DNA from: Candidatus Heimdallarchaeota archaeon
GTDB lineage: Archaea > Asgardarchaeota > Heimdallarchaeia > Heimdallarchaeales > Heimdallarchaeaceae
Reading direction: 5' to 3'
Length of the DNA stretch: 21,852 nt
NCBI GenBank assembly: GCA_021399395.1
Contig: JAAFKJ010000170.1
Coordinates: 1-21,852, forward strand
Under the pieces are notes generated by a model that was not told the origin of the DNA, did no database searches, and worked only from the letters and a program-made list of their open reading frames with translations. The number at the start of each line of letters is the position of its first letter. Positions within the stretch are counted from its first letter, which is position 1. Made by a program: the position numbers and the translations under genes. Below are positions 7,991-16,149 of the stretch, piece by piece.

Positions 7991-9571
7991 ATGAGTGAAA
8001 ATTTTATTAGACACGAAGATTACATTGATTTAATGAAATCCATCCCGAATGATGTTTTTACCATTAAAATGACTAGAGCTTTAGAAGATAATGTCTTTGC
8101 CACAGGAACCTCAATATTTGAAATGATGAAAATTGCAGGTAAGGTTGTTGCAGAAGAGATTCACAAACTAGCTGAACAAACCAAAAAAAGAAAACTTGTT
8201 TTTCTCGCAGGTTTTGGCAATAACGGCGGAGATGCTTTGGCAGCTGCACAACACTTGTTAGAGCAGAATTATGAATGTGACTTTGTCTTAATAGGGAATA
8301 AAGACAAATTCAATTCTGCGGCTTCTCAGAAGAATTATGAGAGGATATCAAAACAGAAGATAAACTGGTTCTATCTGAAGAAGAGTGAAGATGTAGAGTC
8401 AATTATTTTAAAGTATGATTCAACCTATCTTCTTATTGATGCTATTTTTGGGATTGGAATTAGAGGAGAAATAAGAGAACCGTATAAGTCTACAATAGAA
8501 TTTCTAAACCAAAACTGTAAGACTGACATCTTTGCTTTGGATATTCCGTCTGGTTATGATCCTATTGAAAATAACATTCTCTATGTAAGAAATGCTAAAA
8601 AGATAGTTTGTTTGGGGAGAAATAAAATTCAAAAAGGTCATTTTGATGATGCAGAAATCGTTGTAAGAGATATTGGAATTCCAGAAGAATGTGAGAAGTA
8701 TGTTGGAATTGGAGACTTGAAGTGGTTTTATCCTAGAAGAAAAGCAGATAGTCATAAAAGGCAGAATGGTGTGGTTACAATAATTGCAGGGTCAAAGGAT
8801 TACATCGGTGCTCCTGCTCTATCTGGATTCGGAGCATTTAGGACTGGATCAGATTTAATCTTCATTCTTACTCCAGAGAATATTCGTTCAACTGTTTCTT
8901 CTTTTTCTCCTGATTTCATTACTATTCCCGCACACACTGATGAAATAGAACCACAAGATATTGAAAAAATCTTTAGTCATCCCAGATTAAAGAATACTTG
9001 TTTTGTTATTGGTCCTGGAATGATGAATAGCGAAACAACCAAGGATACAGTTCTAGAATTTTTGAAATCAAAAGTAAGAAGACAAATAATCATTGATGCA
9101 AGTGCCTTAAGTATGATGGAACAAGATCATCTTTTTCTTCTCAAATATCATGATTCAATTCTAACTCCTCATCGAGGTGAATTTTTCACCTTATTCAAAG
9201 AAAAATTAACCGGTGAGCTAGAATCAGATTCAAAAATCGTTTCAGAAGTAGCTAAAAAATGGGAAACTACAATCCTACTCAAAGGAGAAGTGGATATTAT
9301 ATCAAATGGTCTAACAACTAAATTCAATAAAACAGGCCATCCAGGTATGACTGTTGGTGGAACAGGGGATGTTCTTACAGGTATTGTAGCTTCCCTACTA
9401 TCTGTTCTTGGAGATCCTTTTCTTTCAGCTTGCTTAGCTGCATATATCTCAGGTGCAGCAGGAGAATTAGCAGCTAAAAACTTTGGAGATGGATTGATGG
9501 CATCAGATATACCTAATTTCATCTATCCGATAATTTATGAAGCATTATCCTTTGAAGCTAAGGAAATTTGA
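7991..9571 (+). CDS. nnr: Bifunctional NAD(P)H-hydrate epimerase / ADP-dependent dehydratase (YjeF, NnrE-NnrD)
   Basis: YjeF_N motifs GNNGGD, IDAIFGIG and DIPSG. Kinase-like domain motifs SHKRQNG..AGS..YIGAPAL, IGPG, IIDASAL, LTPHRGEF, LLKG and GGTGDVLTG. Confidence 0.95.
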   Translation: MSENFIRHEDYIDLMKSIPNDVFTIKMTRALEDNVFATGTSIFEMMKIAGKVVAEEIHKLAEQTKKRKLVFLAGFGNNGGDALAAAQHLLEQNYECDFVLIGNKDKFNSAASQKNYERISKQKINWFYLKKSEDVESIILKYDSTYLLIDAIFGIGIRGEIREPYKSTIEFLNQNCKTDIFALDIPSGYDPIENNILYVRNAKKIVCLGRNKIQKGHFDDAEIVVRDIGIPEECEKYVGIGDLKWFYPRRKADSHKRQNGVVTIIAGSKDYIGAPALSGFGAFRTGSDLIFILTPENIRSTVSSFSPDFITIPAHTDEIEPQDIEKIFSHPRLKNTCFVIGPGMMNSETTKDTVLEFLKSKVRRQIIIDASALSMMEQDHLFLLKYHDSILTPHRGEFFTLFKEKLTGELESDSKIVSEVAKKWETTILLKGEVDIISNGLTTKFNKTGHPGMTVGGTGDVLTGIVASLLSVLGDPFLSACLAAYISGAAGELAAKNFGDGLMASDIPNFIYPIIYEALSFEAKEI

Positions 9572-9575
9572 TTAA

Positions 9576-10430
9576 TTAGATGCTGGGAGAGAGAGAGATT
9601 ACTACAGTTCCAATTCCTAGATGAGTTGCTAAAGCTGGAGTAAGATAATTGATGAGTTTTTCACCTAAAGAAAGTTTCTTCTCAAATTGTTTCATCAGTA
9701 ATTCAGCTGCTTCTGAATCATCTCCATGTGTAATCATAATATCATATTTCTGGTTCTTCTTTGTTCTGCTTAGAACCTCAGCAATAACTTTCTTTTGAGC
9801 TTTTACTTTCCCAGTGGCTTTCCCACATGCTTGGATTATTCCATCTTTTAATTCAAGGAGAGGTTTTGCTTTAGTTACTGCACCTAACCAGAATTTAAGA
9901 TTAGAGATCCTTCCTGATTTCTTGAAATTGTCTAATGTTTCAACATAACCAACTAGAATTGATTCGTCTCTTAATTCTTCTACTTTCTTTATTATCTCAT
10001 TCTCTGGTACTCCTCTTTTAGAAAGCTTAGCAACTGCTAATGCGAGAAAAGCAAGCACACCGGAGCCAAATTTAGAATCGATAAGATGTACTTTAGCATC
10101 CTTTATTCTCTTTGCTGCAATTTTCGCTGATTGAAAAGTTGCAGAAAGTTTTGAGGTTACAGTAGCAATGAACACTGAAGAATGATTCTTCAAAGCTGCT
10201 TCTATCCTTTCTAGAAAATCCTTAGGGGCAGGGGCAGAAGTTGTTGGTAGTTCATCTACTTCTCTTAATAAATCATAATATTCTTGTATGGTTATATCTA
10301 CCCCGTCTGCCATGGTTTTTTCTTGATGTTGGATGTATACTGGAACAACATCAATATCATACTTTTTTATTAAATCCTTAGGCAAATCACAAGTACTATC
10401 AACAATAACTTTCATTTTTGTTTCAGCCAT
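9576..10430 (-). CDS. degV: DegV family fatty-acid-binding protein
   Basis: DSTCDLP, PTTSAP, SKLSATFQSA, IDSK, KSGRIS, KPLL and THLGIG motifs; 284 aa. Confidence 0.95.
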   Translation of the reverse strand: MAETKMKVIVDSTCDLPKDLIKKYDIDVVPVYIQHQEKTMADGVDITIQEYYDLLREVDELPTTSAPAPKDFLERIEAALKNHSSVFIATVTSKLSATFQSAKIAAKRIKDAKVHLIDSKFGSGVLAFLALAVAKLSKRGVPENEIIKKVEELRDESILVGYVETLDNFKKSGRISNLKFWLGAVTKAKPLLELKDGIIQACGKATGKVKAQKKVIAEVLSRTKKNQKYDIMITHGDDSEAAELLMKQFEKKLSLGEKLINYLTPALATHLGIGTVVISLSPSI

Positions 10431-10560
10431 TTTTTTCCAACTTTTATTAATGGTTTATATTAAAAATAGTTGTAATAGTTGAAATTATTATATGATATTT
10501 AATATAATATTCAATATGAATCTTCCACCCATATTTATAAATAATTCGCGGAAAAATAGT

Positions 10561-10576
10561 AAAAGAGAGGAAAAAA
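10561..10576 (-). terminator. Putative archaeal T-rich terminator
   Basis: The minus strand reads TTTTTTCCTCTCTTTT immediately after the TAG of the CCDC47-like gene. Confidence 0.45.
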
Positions 10577-11482
10577 CTATTTAGCTTTCCTTCGAGCTCT
10601 CTCTTCTTCTTTAGCTCTTTTCTTTGCTCGTTTTTCTTCTTCATTACGTTCTTTTTCTCTTCTTTTCTCCCTTTCTTGCATTTCCTTCTCTTTTTGTTTC
10701 TCTTCTTTCTTAAGTTCTTTCTCAGAGAGTTTCTTAATTTCCTTCTTTAACACAGTTGGAATTGGGAGATTTTTTGTAGATTCAGTAACTTTTGCAAAGA
10801 ATTTCAATACAGTCATTGCGAACTTTGTTAGTACCAACAAATCAGCAGGTTGTTTAGTAAGGTTAAATTTAAGTTCAAAGTGAGGTTCATCGGTTCTGAC
10901 TGAAATCCATTGTAATTCCTTGGGGTATTCAGATAAAGCTTTGATGAACGAATTGCTTCGTATGAGTTGGTTGATAGCTCGACCTTTATTAGATTTGATT
11001 AGAAAATTACCATTGACTTCTGCATCTGGAGTAGCAAGGTCATCAATCTCTACTAGGTAATCGAAGTCTTTTTTTATTGCAGATTTCATTTTATATGGAA
11101 TCACTTCAAAGAGAACACGTGGTTTATCTTGAAAATTGGCAGCTAATCCAAAAGAGTCTTTATTTCTGAAGAACAATCCATCAACAAGCATTGTTGGAAA
11201 ACTAGTTCTTGGGAGAAGTATTAACCAAGCAGATGCACTCGTAACGATGAAATCTTCATTCAGTTGGCATCTAATTTCAACTTGTCTATCGTTTGGATCT
11301 TTTCGAGAATAATTCATTATATGTGGGTCCATCGCTGTTAGAACATCTTCGAAATATTGCTCTTTCTTCTTCTTATTTGCAAATCTCCCCCAAATCCAGA
11401 ATCCTAAGTATAGGCCTATAAAAACAAGTACAGGTCCCAACATTGCTAATATTGAAACAAAATCAAATGCAGCATCAGCCAT
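10577..11482 (-). CDS. CCDC47 / DUF1682-like single-pass membrane protein (PAT complex subunit homologue)
   Basis: N-terminal TM ending in WIWGRFAN, an alpha/beta domain with [26 protein letters not shown] and FELKFNL, and a highly charged K/E/R C-terminal helix, colinear with CCDC47 as remembered. ATG 11482 is preferred over GTG 11494 because GGGTG lies just upstream. Confidence 0.72.
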   Translation of the reverse strand: [301 protein letters not shown]

Positions 11483-11535
11483 AGTAATACACACCCATTT
11501 TTTCCCAACTTCTTAAAAATGTTATGAATGAGAGG

Positions 11536-12099
11536 TTATATCTTCATCGCGTCGCTCTTCTTTCGCATTATTATTCTACCTAAATCAAGAAATGCTTCAT
11601 TAACATTTGAACCTGTCAAAGCACATGTAGAGAAATAATCAATTAGTTCCAGAAATTCAAATTTATTCATATTTTCCTCAAGAAATATTTTTGCCTGAGA
11701 ATCAAATAGCGCATTTTGCTCCTTTTCCATTAAGTCATCTTTATTTCCCAGGAGGTAAATCGGAATTTTTGTACTCAATGAACTATTTATTTCTTCAAGC
11801 CATCTTGATAAGCTTGCAAAAGTCTCTAGTCTGCTTTTGTCGAAAACTAATAATCCGCCTTCTGATCCTACATATTGTTTCTTTCTTAGTTTGTGATATT
11901 CCTTTTGTCCTCCAAGATCCCAGATCTGAAAAGTTATTTCTATATCTTCATCAACATGCTTATGTGATGCTAGGTCTACTCCCAAAGTGCTCATATAAGC
12001 TTCTTCCAAGTGTAAGCCCATAAAATTACGCTTCAGAGTTGTTTTACCTGTAGCTGCATCACCAAGGAGGACAATTTTTACAGTTCCAAAGACAGACAT
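11536..12099 (-). CDS. Rab-like small GTPase (Ras superfamily, Asgard type)
   Basis: G1 GDAATGKTT, G2 YMSTLG, G3 IWDLGGQ, G4 GNKDD, G5 TCALTG, then NVNEAF. No C-terminal Cys prenylation motif. Confidence 0.95.
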   Translation of the reverse strand: MSVFGTVKIVLLGDAATGKTTLKRNFMGLHLEEAYMSTLGVDLASHKHVDEDIEITFQIWDLGGQKEYHKLRKKQYVGSEGGLLVFDKSRLETFASLSRWLEEINSSLSTKIPIYLLGNKDDLMEKEQNALFDSQAKIFLEENMNKFEFLELIDYFSTCALTGSNVNEAFLDLGRIIMRKKSDAMKI

Positions 12100-12113
12100 T
12101 GTTACTTAGTGAC

Positions 12114-12143
12114 TATAAATTACCAATTTATAAGCGTTTTTCT
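12114..12143 (-). promoter_or_regulatory. BRE/TATA promoter of the Rab-like GTPase with overlapping inverted repeat
   Basis: The minus strand reads AGAAAAACG-CTTATAAA with the TATA box at 12134-12127, about 27 nt upstream of ATG 12099. A perfect inverted repeat TATAAATT-acc-AATTTATA spans 12114-12132. Confidence 0.6.
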
Positions 12144-12152
12144 TCTCTGATG

Positions 12153-13001
12153 CTATGAGAATGCATCTGGATACTTTAGTCTTAGAAACTCGATATTAGA
12201 TTTAAATATCAATTTTGAGGGGGCCAACTTACCGTGTCCAGGAACTGCATATTTCAATTCTTTATCTGCATATTTTTTTAATACCTTGAGATGATTTTTG
12301 GGATTAACAGCAAATGGTATTACAGATTTTTTATCTAACCAACTTGGGTCAACATTCTCAAAAAGCAGATCACCCATAAAACATATTTCATCATCTGGTA
12401 AATACGCTATACTATCACTTACAGAATGTGCTGCACCCACATCTATTATTTGAACAGATCTTTTACTTCCTTGGATTTGCAGCTCTTTGTTGAATATTAA
12501 ATCTGGGAGACGCAAATTATAACTATGTTGAGAGATTGTTAGATAAAAATCTAAATCACTATTGATTTCAAACAATTTAGAACTATCAGTTTCTGTCTTT
12601 AATTGAACATCTAAACTCTTTATCTCTTTACGTGCTTCCTTCTGATATTTAGCTAGATTCTCCATAGTATATTCTTTGATCATTTTTACAGTATCTAAAC
12701 TCCCAATTATTGGGATAGAGGGGGATATGGCATGATTTCCATATATATGATCACCATGAAAATGACTATTTATAACAAGTCTTATCTCCTTCGAACAGCA
12801 GAATTGAGCACCCCTAATCAGATCTTGAGTGGCTTTAGGTGCAGTCATGGTATCGAATAGAACAACATAATCTCCTAAATCAAAAAAACCAGCATTTGCT
12901 CCTGTTATTGAATGGTCTTTAGCTATTGCAGCATAAACTCCTTCTTGTAGCTTAAATAAGGTAAAATAATCTGATTCAAAGTCAAGAACAGCTGATTCCA
13001 T
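12153..13001 (-). CDS. Metallo-beta-lactamase-fold hydrolase (cyclase/glyoxalase II-like)
   Basis: HxHxDH motif NSHFHGDHIYGN, plus AAHS, FMGDLLF and VPGHG. ATG 13001 is the likely start (TTG 13019 is an alternative). Confidence 0.92.
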   Translation of the reverse strand: MESAVLDFESDYFTLFKLQEGVYAAIAKDHSITGANAGFFDLGDYVVLFDTMTAPKATQDLIRGAQFCCSKEIRLVINSHFHGDHIYGNHAISPSIPIIGSLDTVKMIKEYTMENLAKYQKEARKEIKSLDVQLKTETDSSKLFEINSDLDFYLTISQHSYNLRLPDLIFNKELQIQGSKRSVQIIDVGAAHSVSDSIAYLPDDEICFMGDLLFENVDPSWLDKKSVIPFAVNPKNHLKVLKKYADKELKYAVPGHGKLAPSKLIFKSNIEFLRLKYPDAFS

Positions 13002-13107
13002 TATTAATAAATACTTCAAACATTAATATTAATTTCGTGATACTGCAAAAGAAAAAACCGATTTCATAGTGAAAAATTTAACAACAAGTTAAACTAACAC
13101 AATTTGT

Positions 13108-14112
13108 ATGACATTATCAGTTATTTGTGGAGGATTTTGGGGAGATGAGGGAAAAGGAAAGGTACTCTCCTATTTAGCATTGAAGGATAATCCTGCAATA
13201 ATCGCACGTGCTGGTGTAGGAACAAACGCAGGACACACAATCCAGTTCGAAGGTAAAGAGTATAAACTTAGAATGATTCCTTCAGGATTCATCAATCCTA
13301 ATGCAAGATTATTGATTGGAGCTGGAGTTCTTGTTGATCCAAAGGTCTTACTCAAGGAAATGAAAGAAACAAATTCTAAATGTGGTGTGGATTTTCAATC
13401 TGGAATTATCGAAGAAAAGCACAAAGAGATTGATACTACTAGCGCTCATCTAAAAGAAAAACTTGGTACCACTGGCAGTGGTACAGGACCAGCTAATCAA
13501 GATAGGGCCATGCGAACCCTTAAACTAGCTAAAGATATTCCCGAACTCGAACCTTACTTAACTGATGTGAGCGTAGAAATCAATGAAGCATTAGATGAAG
13601 GAAAAGTAGTTCAAGCTGAAGGGAGTCAAGCTATTCTGTTATCTCTATTTCATGGTTCATATCCATTTGTAACTTCTAAAGATACTTCTGCTGCTGCAAT
13701 TTGTTCAGATATTGGTGTAGGTCCAACAAAAGTAGACGAGGTTATAGTTGTTTTCAAAGCATATGTAACTCGAGTAGGAACAGGTGAACTCCCAGGAGAA
13801 CTTCCTTTAGAGGAGCTTGAGAAGAGAGGATGGGTAGAATATGGTGCAGTTACAGGCAGACCTAGACGAGCAGCTCCCTTCAATTACGATTTAGCTCGAA
13901 AGGCTGTTAGATTAAATGGAGCAACACAGATTGCTCTAACTAAGCTTGATATAATATATCCTGAGATTAGTAAATCTAACAATGTTGACCAGATTAAAGG
14001 TGAAGTAGAAGAGTTCATTGACTCTATTGAAGAGGTTACCAAAACTAAAGTATCTATTATAGGTACAGGACCGTCAGCTGAAGACATAATTGACTTGAGA
14101 AAAAACATCTAA
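13108..14112 (+). CDS. purA: Adenylosuccinate synthetase (short archaeal type)
   Basis: GGFWGDEGKGK, NAGHT, HGSYPFVTS, KAYVTRVG, GAVTGRPRR and LTKLD motifs; 334 aa as in compact archaeal PurA. Confidence 0.97.
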   Translation: MTLSVICGGFWGDEGKGKVLSYLALKDNPAIIARAGVGTNAGHTIQFEGKEYKLRMIPSGFINPNARLLIGAGVLVDPKVLLKEMKETNSKCGVDFQSGIIEEKHKEIDTTSAHLKEKLGTTGSGTGPANQDRAMRTLKLAKDIPELEPYLTDVSVEINEALDEGKVVQAEGSQAILLSLFHGSYPFVTSKDTSAAAICSDIGVGPTKVDEVIVVFKAYVTRVGTGELPGELPLEELEKRGWVEYGAVTGRPRRAAPFNYDLARKAVRLNGATQIALTKLDIIYPEISKSNNVDQIKGEVEEFIDSIEEVTKTKVSIIGTGPSAEDIIDLRKNI

Positions 14113-14141
14113 ATCTTGTTTCCTTTTCACTCTGAAGTAAG

Positions 14142-14156
14142 AAGAAAATTTATATT
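14142..14156 (+). promoter_or_regulatory. Putative BRE/TATA promoter for USP gene
   Basis: AAGAAAA-TTTATAT lies about 33 nt upstream of ATG 14188, which supports that start over TTG 14116. Confidence 0.45.
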
Positions 14157-14187
14157 AGATGAGTTAAGATGTTTATCGAATAAGAGA

Positions 14188-15063
14188 ATGACTAAGCTAC
14201 CTTCTAAATTGCATCCGGATTATCAGGATGAATTTTTCTTGAATCTAGATAGGATTCTAGTTCCTATTGGAGGTAGACGTTTTGAATGTACAGGTCTTGA
14301 ACTAGCATTCTATATCGCTCATGAATATGGCTCCCATTTGGATTTGCTACACATCGGTACCGACCCTGGTAAGAATATTAACGGGTATTTAAAAAAATTG
14401 GCTAAGTTTGAAGTCGAGCACGATCTAATAGTAAGAAAAGGTAAAAATATTCCAAAAACTATTATTGACTATTGGATGGATAAGAAACACAACCTTGTTA
14501 TTATGTCAGGAAAAAGAAGACCAACAATTTTTGATAAAATAACCATCCCAAGTATATCGAACGCTGTCATTCCCCACATAGAAACTGAAGTTCTTCAAGT
14601 CTTTCCTCCAACAATGAAGAAGGATTCTGATAAATTAAAGAACATTGCAGTTCTCTTACCCTATTCTTACCGAGATCCATTTCTTCTAAGATGGGCATCT
14701 GCGATAGCTGCTCCACAAAAAGGTGCTGTTGTTAAGGTGTATCACATAGCACGAGTTCCAGAAACAGTTCCATTGATTGGTGCAGCCAAAGAGAAAGTGA
14801 TTAAAAAAGAAGAAAAACAATTCAAAGAATATGTAGATGAATTTTCAAAGGTCTTTGGTCAGATTATACAACCACGCTTCATTTTAGGACACAGAGTTTT
14901 ATCTTCTCTTGAATCTATTTTCGAAAAGGATGAGCCAGATTTAGTAATAATTGGAAAAACTAAAGAAACAAATTTCTGGCAGAGAATAGTAGTCAAATCA
15001 TTATCAAGTAAGATTAGAGACAAATTACTATCACCAGGTATCTGCATTCATCACATGAGATAG
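14188..15063 (+). CDS. Tandem universal stress protein (USP) domain protein
   Basis: Two USP-like repeats: RILVPIGG..LDLLHI..NLVIMSG and NIAVLLP..VKVYHI..PDLVIIGK. The G-x2-G-x9-GS ATP-binding motif is degenerate. Confidence 0.85.
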   Translation: MTKLPSKLHPDYQDEFFLNLDRILVPIGGRRFECTGLELAFYIAHEYGSHLDLLHIGTDPGKNINGYLKKLAKFEVEHDLIVRKGKNIPKTIIDYWMDKKHNLVIMSGKRRPTIFDKITIPSISNAVIPHIETEVLQVFPPTMKKDSDKLKNIAVLLPYSYRDPFLLRWASAIAAPQKGAVVKVYHIARVPETVPLIGAAKEKVIKKEEKQFKEYVDEFSKVFGQIIQPRFILGHRVLSSLESIFEKDEPDLVIIGKTKETNFWQRIVVKSLSSKIRDKLLSPGICIHHMR

Positions 15064-15100
15064 AACAAATTTTTAAATAGGAAGGCTAGATGGGAATTAG

Positions 15101-16018
15101 ATGAAGTCATGCGATGTTCCTGGATGCGAAGAGGAAGAATCTTTACCTTTCAAATGTAAACTTTGTGACCGAATGTATTGTGCAAAACATAGACTTCCAG
15201 AACAACATGAATGTCCAATGATCGGTATTTATCAGTCTGAGGTATATAAAAAATCGAAACTTTCCCAACCGAGAAAAGAGGAAGAGATACCAAAGAAAAC
15301 AAAACTCAAACATCGAGGGGAGAAATTGCTAAGTCCCAGAGATGCAGAAACAAAATCAGTTTATTATGAACCTCAAGATAGGTTCCTGACTCGTTCTTCA
15401 TTTTTTAATATTCAAAGCTTACGAAGGGATTATCTCAATATCCTAATTATACTTGTTATTTTTAGTACATTTATTACTTTGAATATTATAGTTTTACATA
15501 CTTTGTATAGAGGTCTTCCAATCGCAGCACTAGATTGGAATGTTGTATTTATCAACATAGGAGCTATTAATTTTATTTTTGGAGGTTATTTTGTTATTCA
15601 AAAAATAACTGCACGATATATGAAAGAAGAAACAAAAGTTGTTTTATGGCTGTGGGGAATTGTTCTAGGAATATTAAGTATACTCCTTCCATTGTTTGCA
15701 GTTCCAGGATTCTTAACATTTAAGGAAGGAAGATCTAGTAACAATAACAGAGGAAAAATATCTTTCATTGGAATTTCTTGGATACTAACATGGTGCACTG
15801 TCATACTTATTTTTCTTTATTCGAATGGTTTTGGAGTACCCTATCTTGCAGAACTTTCTTACGCTCCAAGTTTGATGTTACTATTTGTTCTATTCTCACT
15901 TTTACCTTTTGGAATCTTTGCAGGAAAATACATTAGTGGATGGAATAGATATGTACACATGGGGAGTTTTCTATACACATTTATCATATTTATACTCTAT
16001 TTAATTGTTAGATATTAA
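15101..16018 (+). CDS. AN1-type zinc finger fused to M50 (site-2 protease)-like membrane domain lacking catalytic residues
   Basis: AN1 ligands C4, C9, C19, C22, C27, H30, H36, C38 (LPFKC..C...YCAKHRLPEQHEC). The membrane domain keeps M50 landmarks (QKITA, FAVPG, RGKISFIG, LFSLLPFG, GK..GWN) but has no HExxH and no LDG. Confidence 0.8.
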   Translation: MKSCDVPGCEEEESLPFKCKLCDRMYCAKHRLPEQHECPMIGIYQSEVYKKSKLSQPRKEEEIPKKTKLKHRGEKLLSPRDAETKSVYYEPQDRFLTRSSFFNIQSLRRDYLNILIILVIFSTFITLNIIVLHTLYRGLPIAALDWNVVFINIGAINFIFGGYFVIQKITARYMKEETKVVLWLWGIVLGILSILLPLFAVPGFLTFKEGRSSNNNRGKISFIGISWILTWCTVILIFLYSNGFGVPYLAELSYAPSLMLLFVLFSLLPFGIFAGKYISGWNRYVHMGSFLYTFIIFILYLIVRY

Positions 16019-16149
16019 ACCTTCAGTTTTTACCTAAATTCAACGGGTACAAAGCCTCTAAATGAGAAATTACGCCTTTTACTAATTGTCAAATTACCCA
16101 AACATTCTTAAATTCTTCACCAAAATTTCTTTCATTCAGTTGGGTACGG

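Noticed and set aside
10431-10576. Extremely AT-rich intergenic stretch as a replication origin
   Set aside because: No ORB-like repeats and no adjacent cdc6/orc1. It is explained by a terminator plus the degV promoter.
10447-10644. 65-aa minus-strand ORF as an Asterix-like partner of the CCDC47-like gene
   Set aside because: It overlaps the CCDC47-like 3' end in another frame, runs across the terminator and very AT-rich intergenic DNA, and lacks a three-TM pattern.
14116-14187. N-terminal extension of the USP ORF from TTG 14116
   Set aside because: The region contains a T-rich tract after purA and a BRE/TATA element, so ATG 14188 is the more plausible start.
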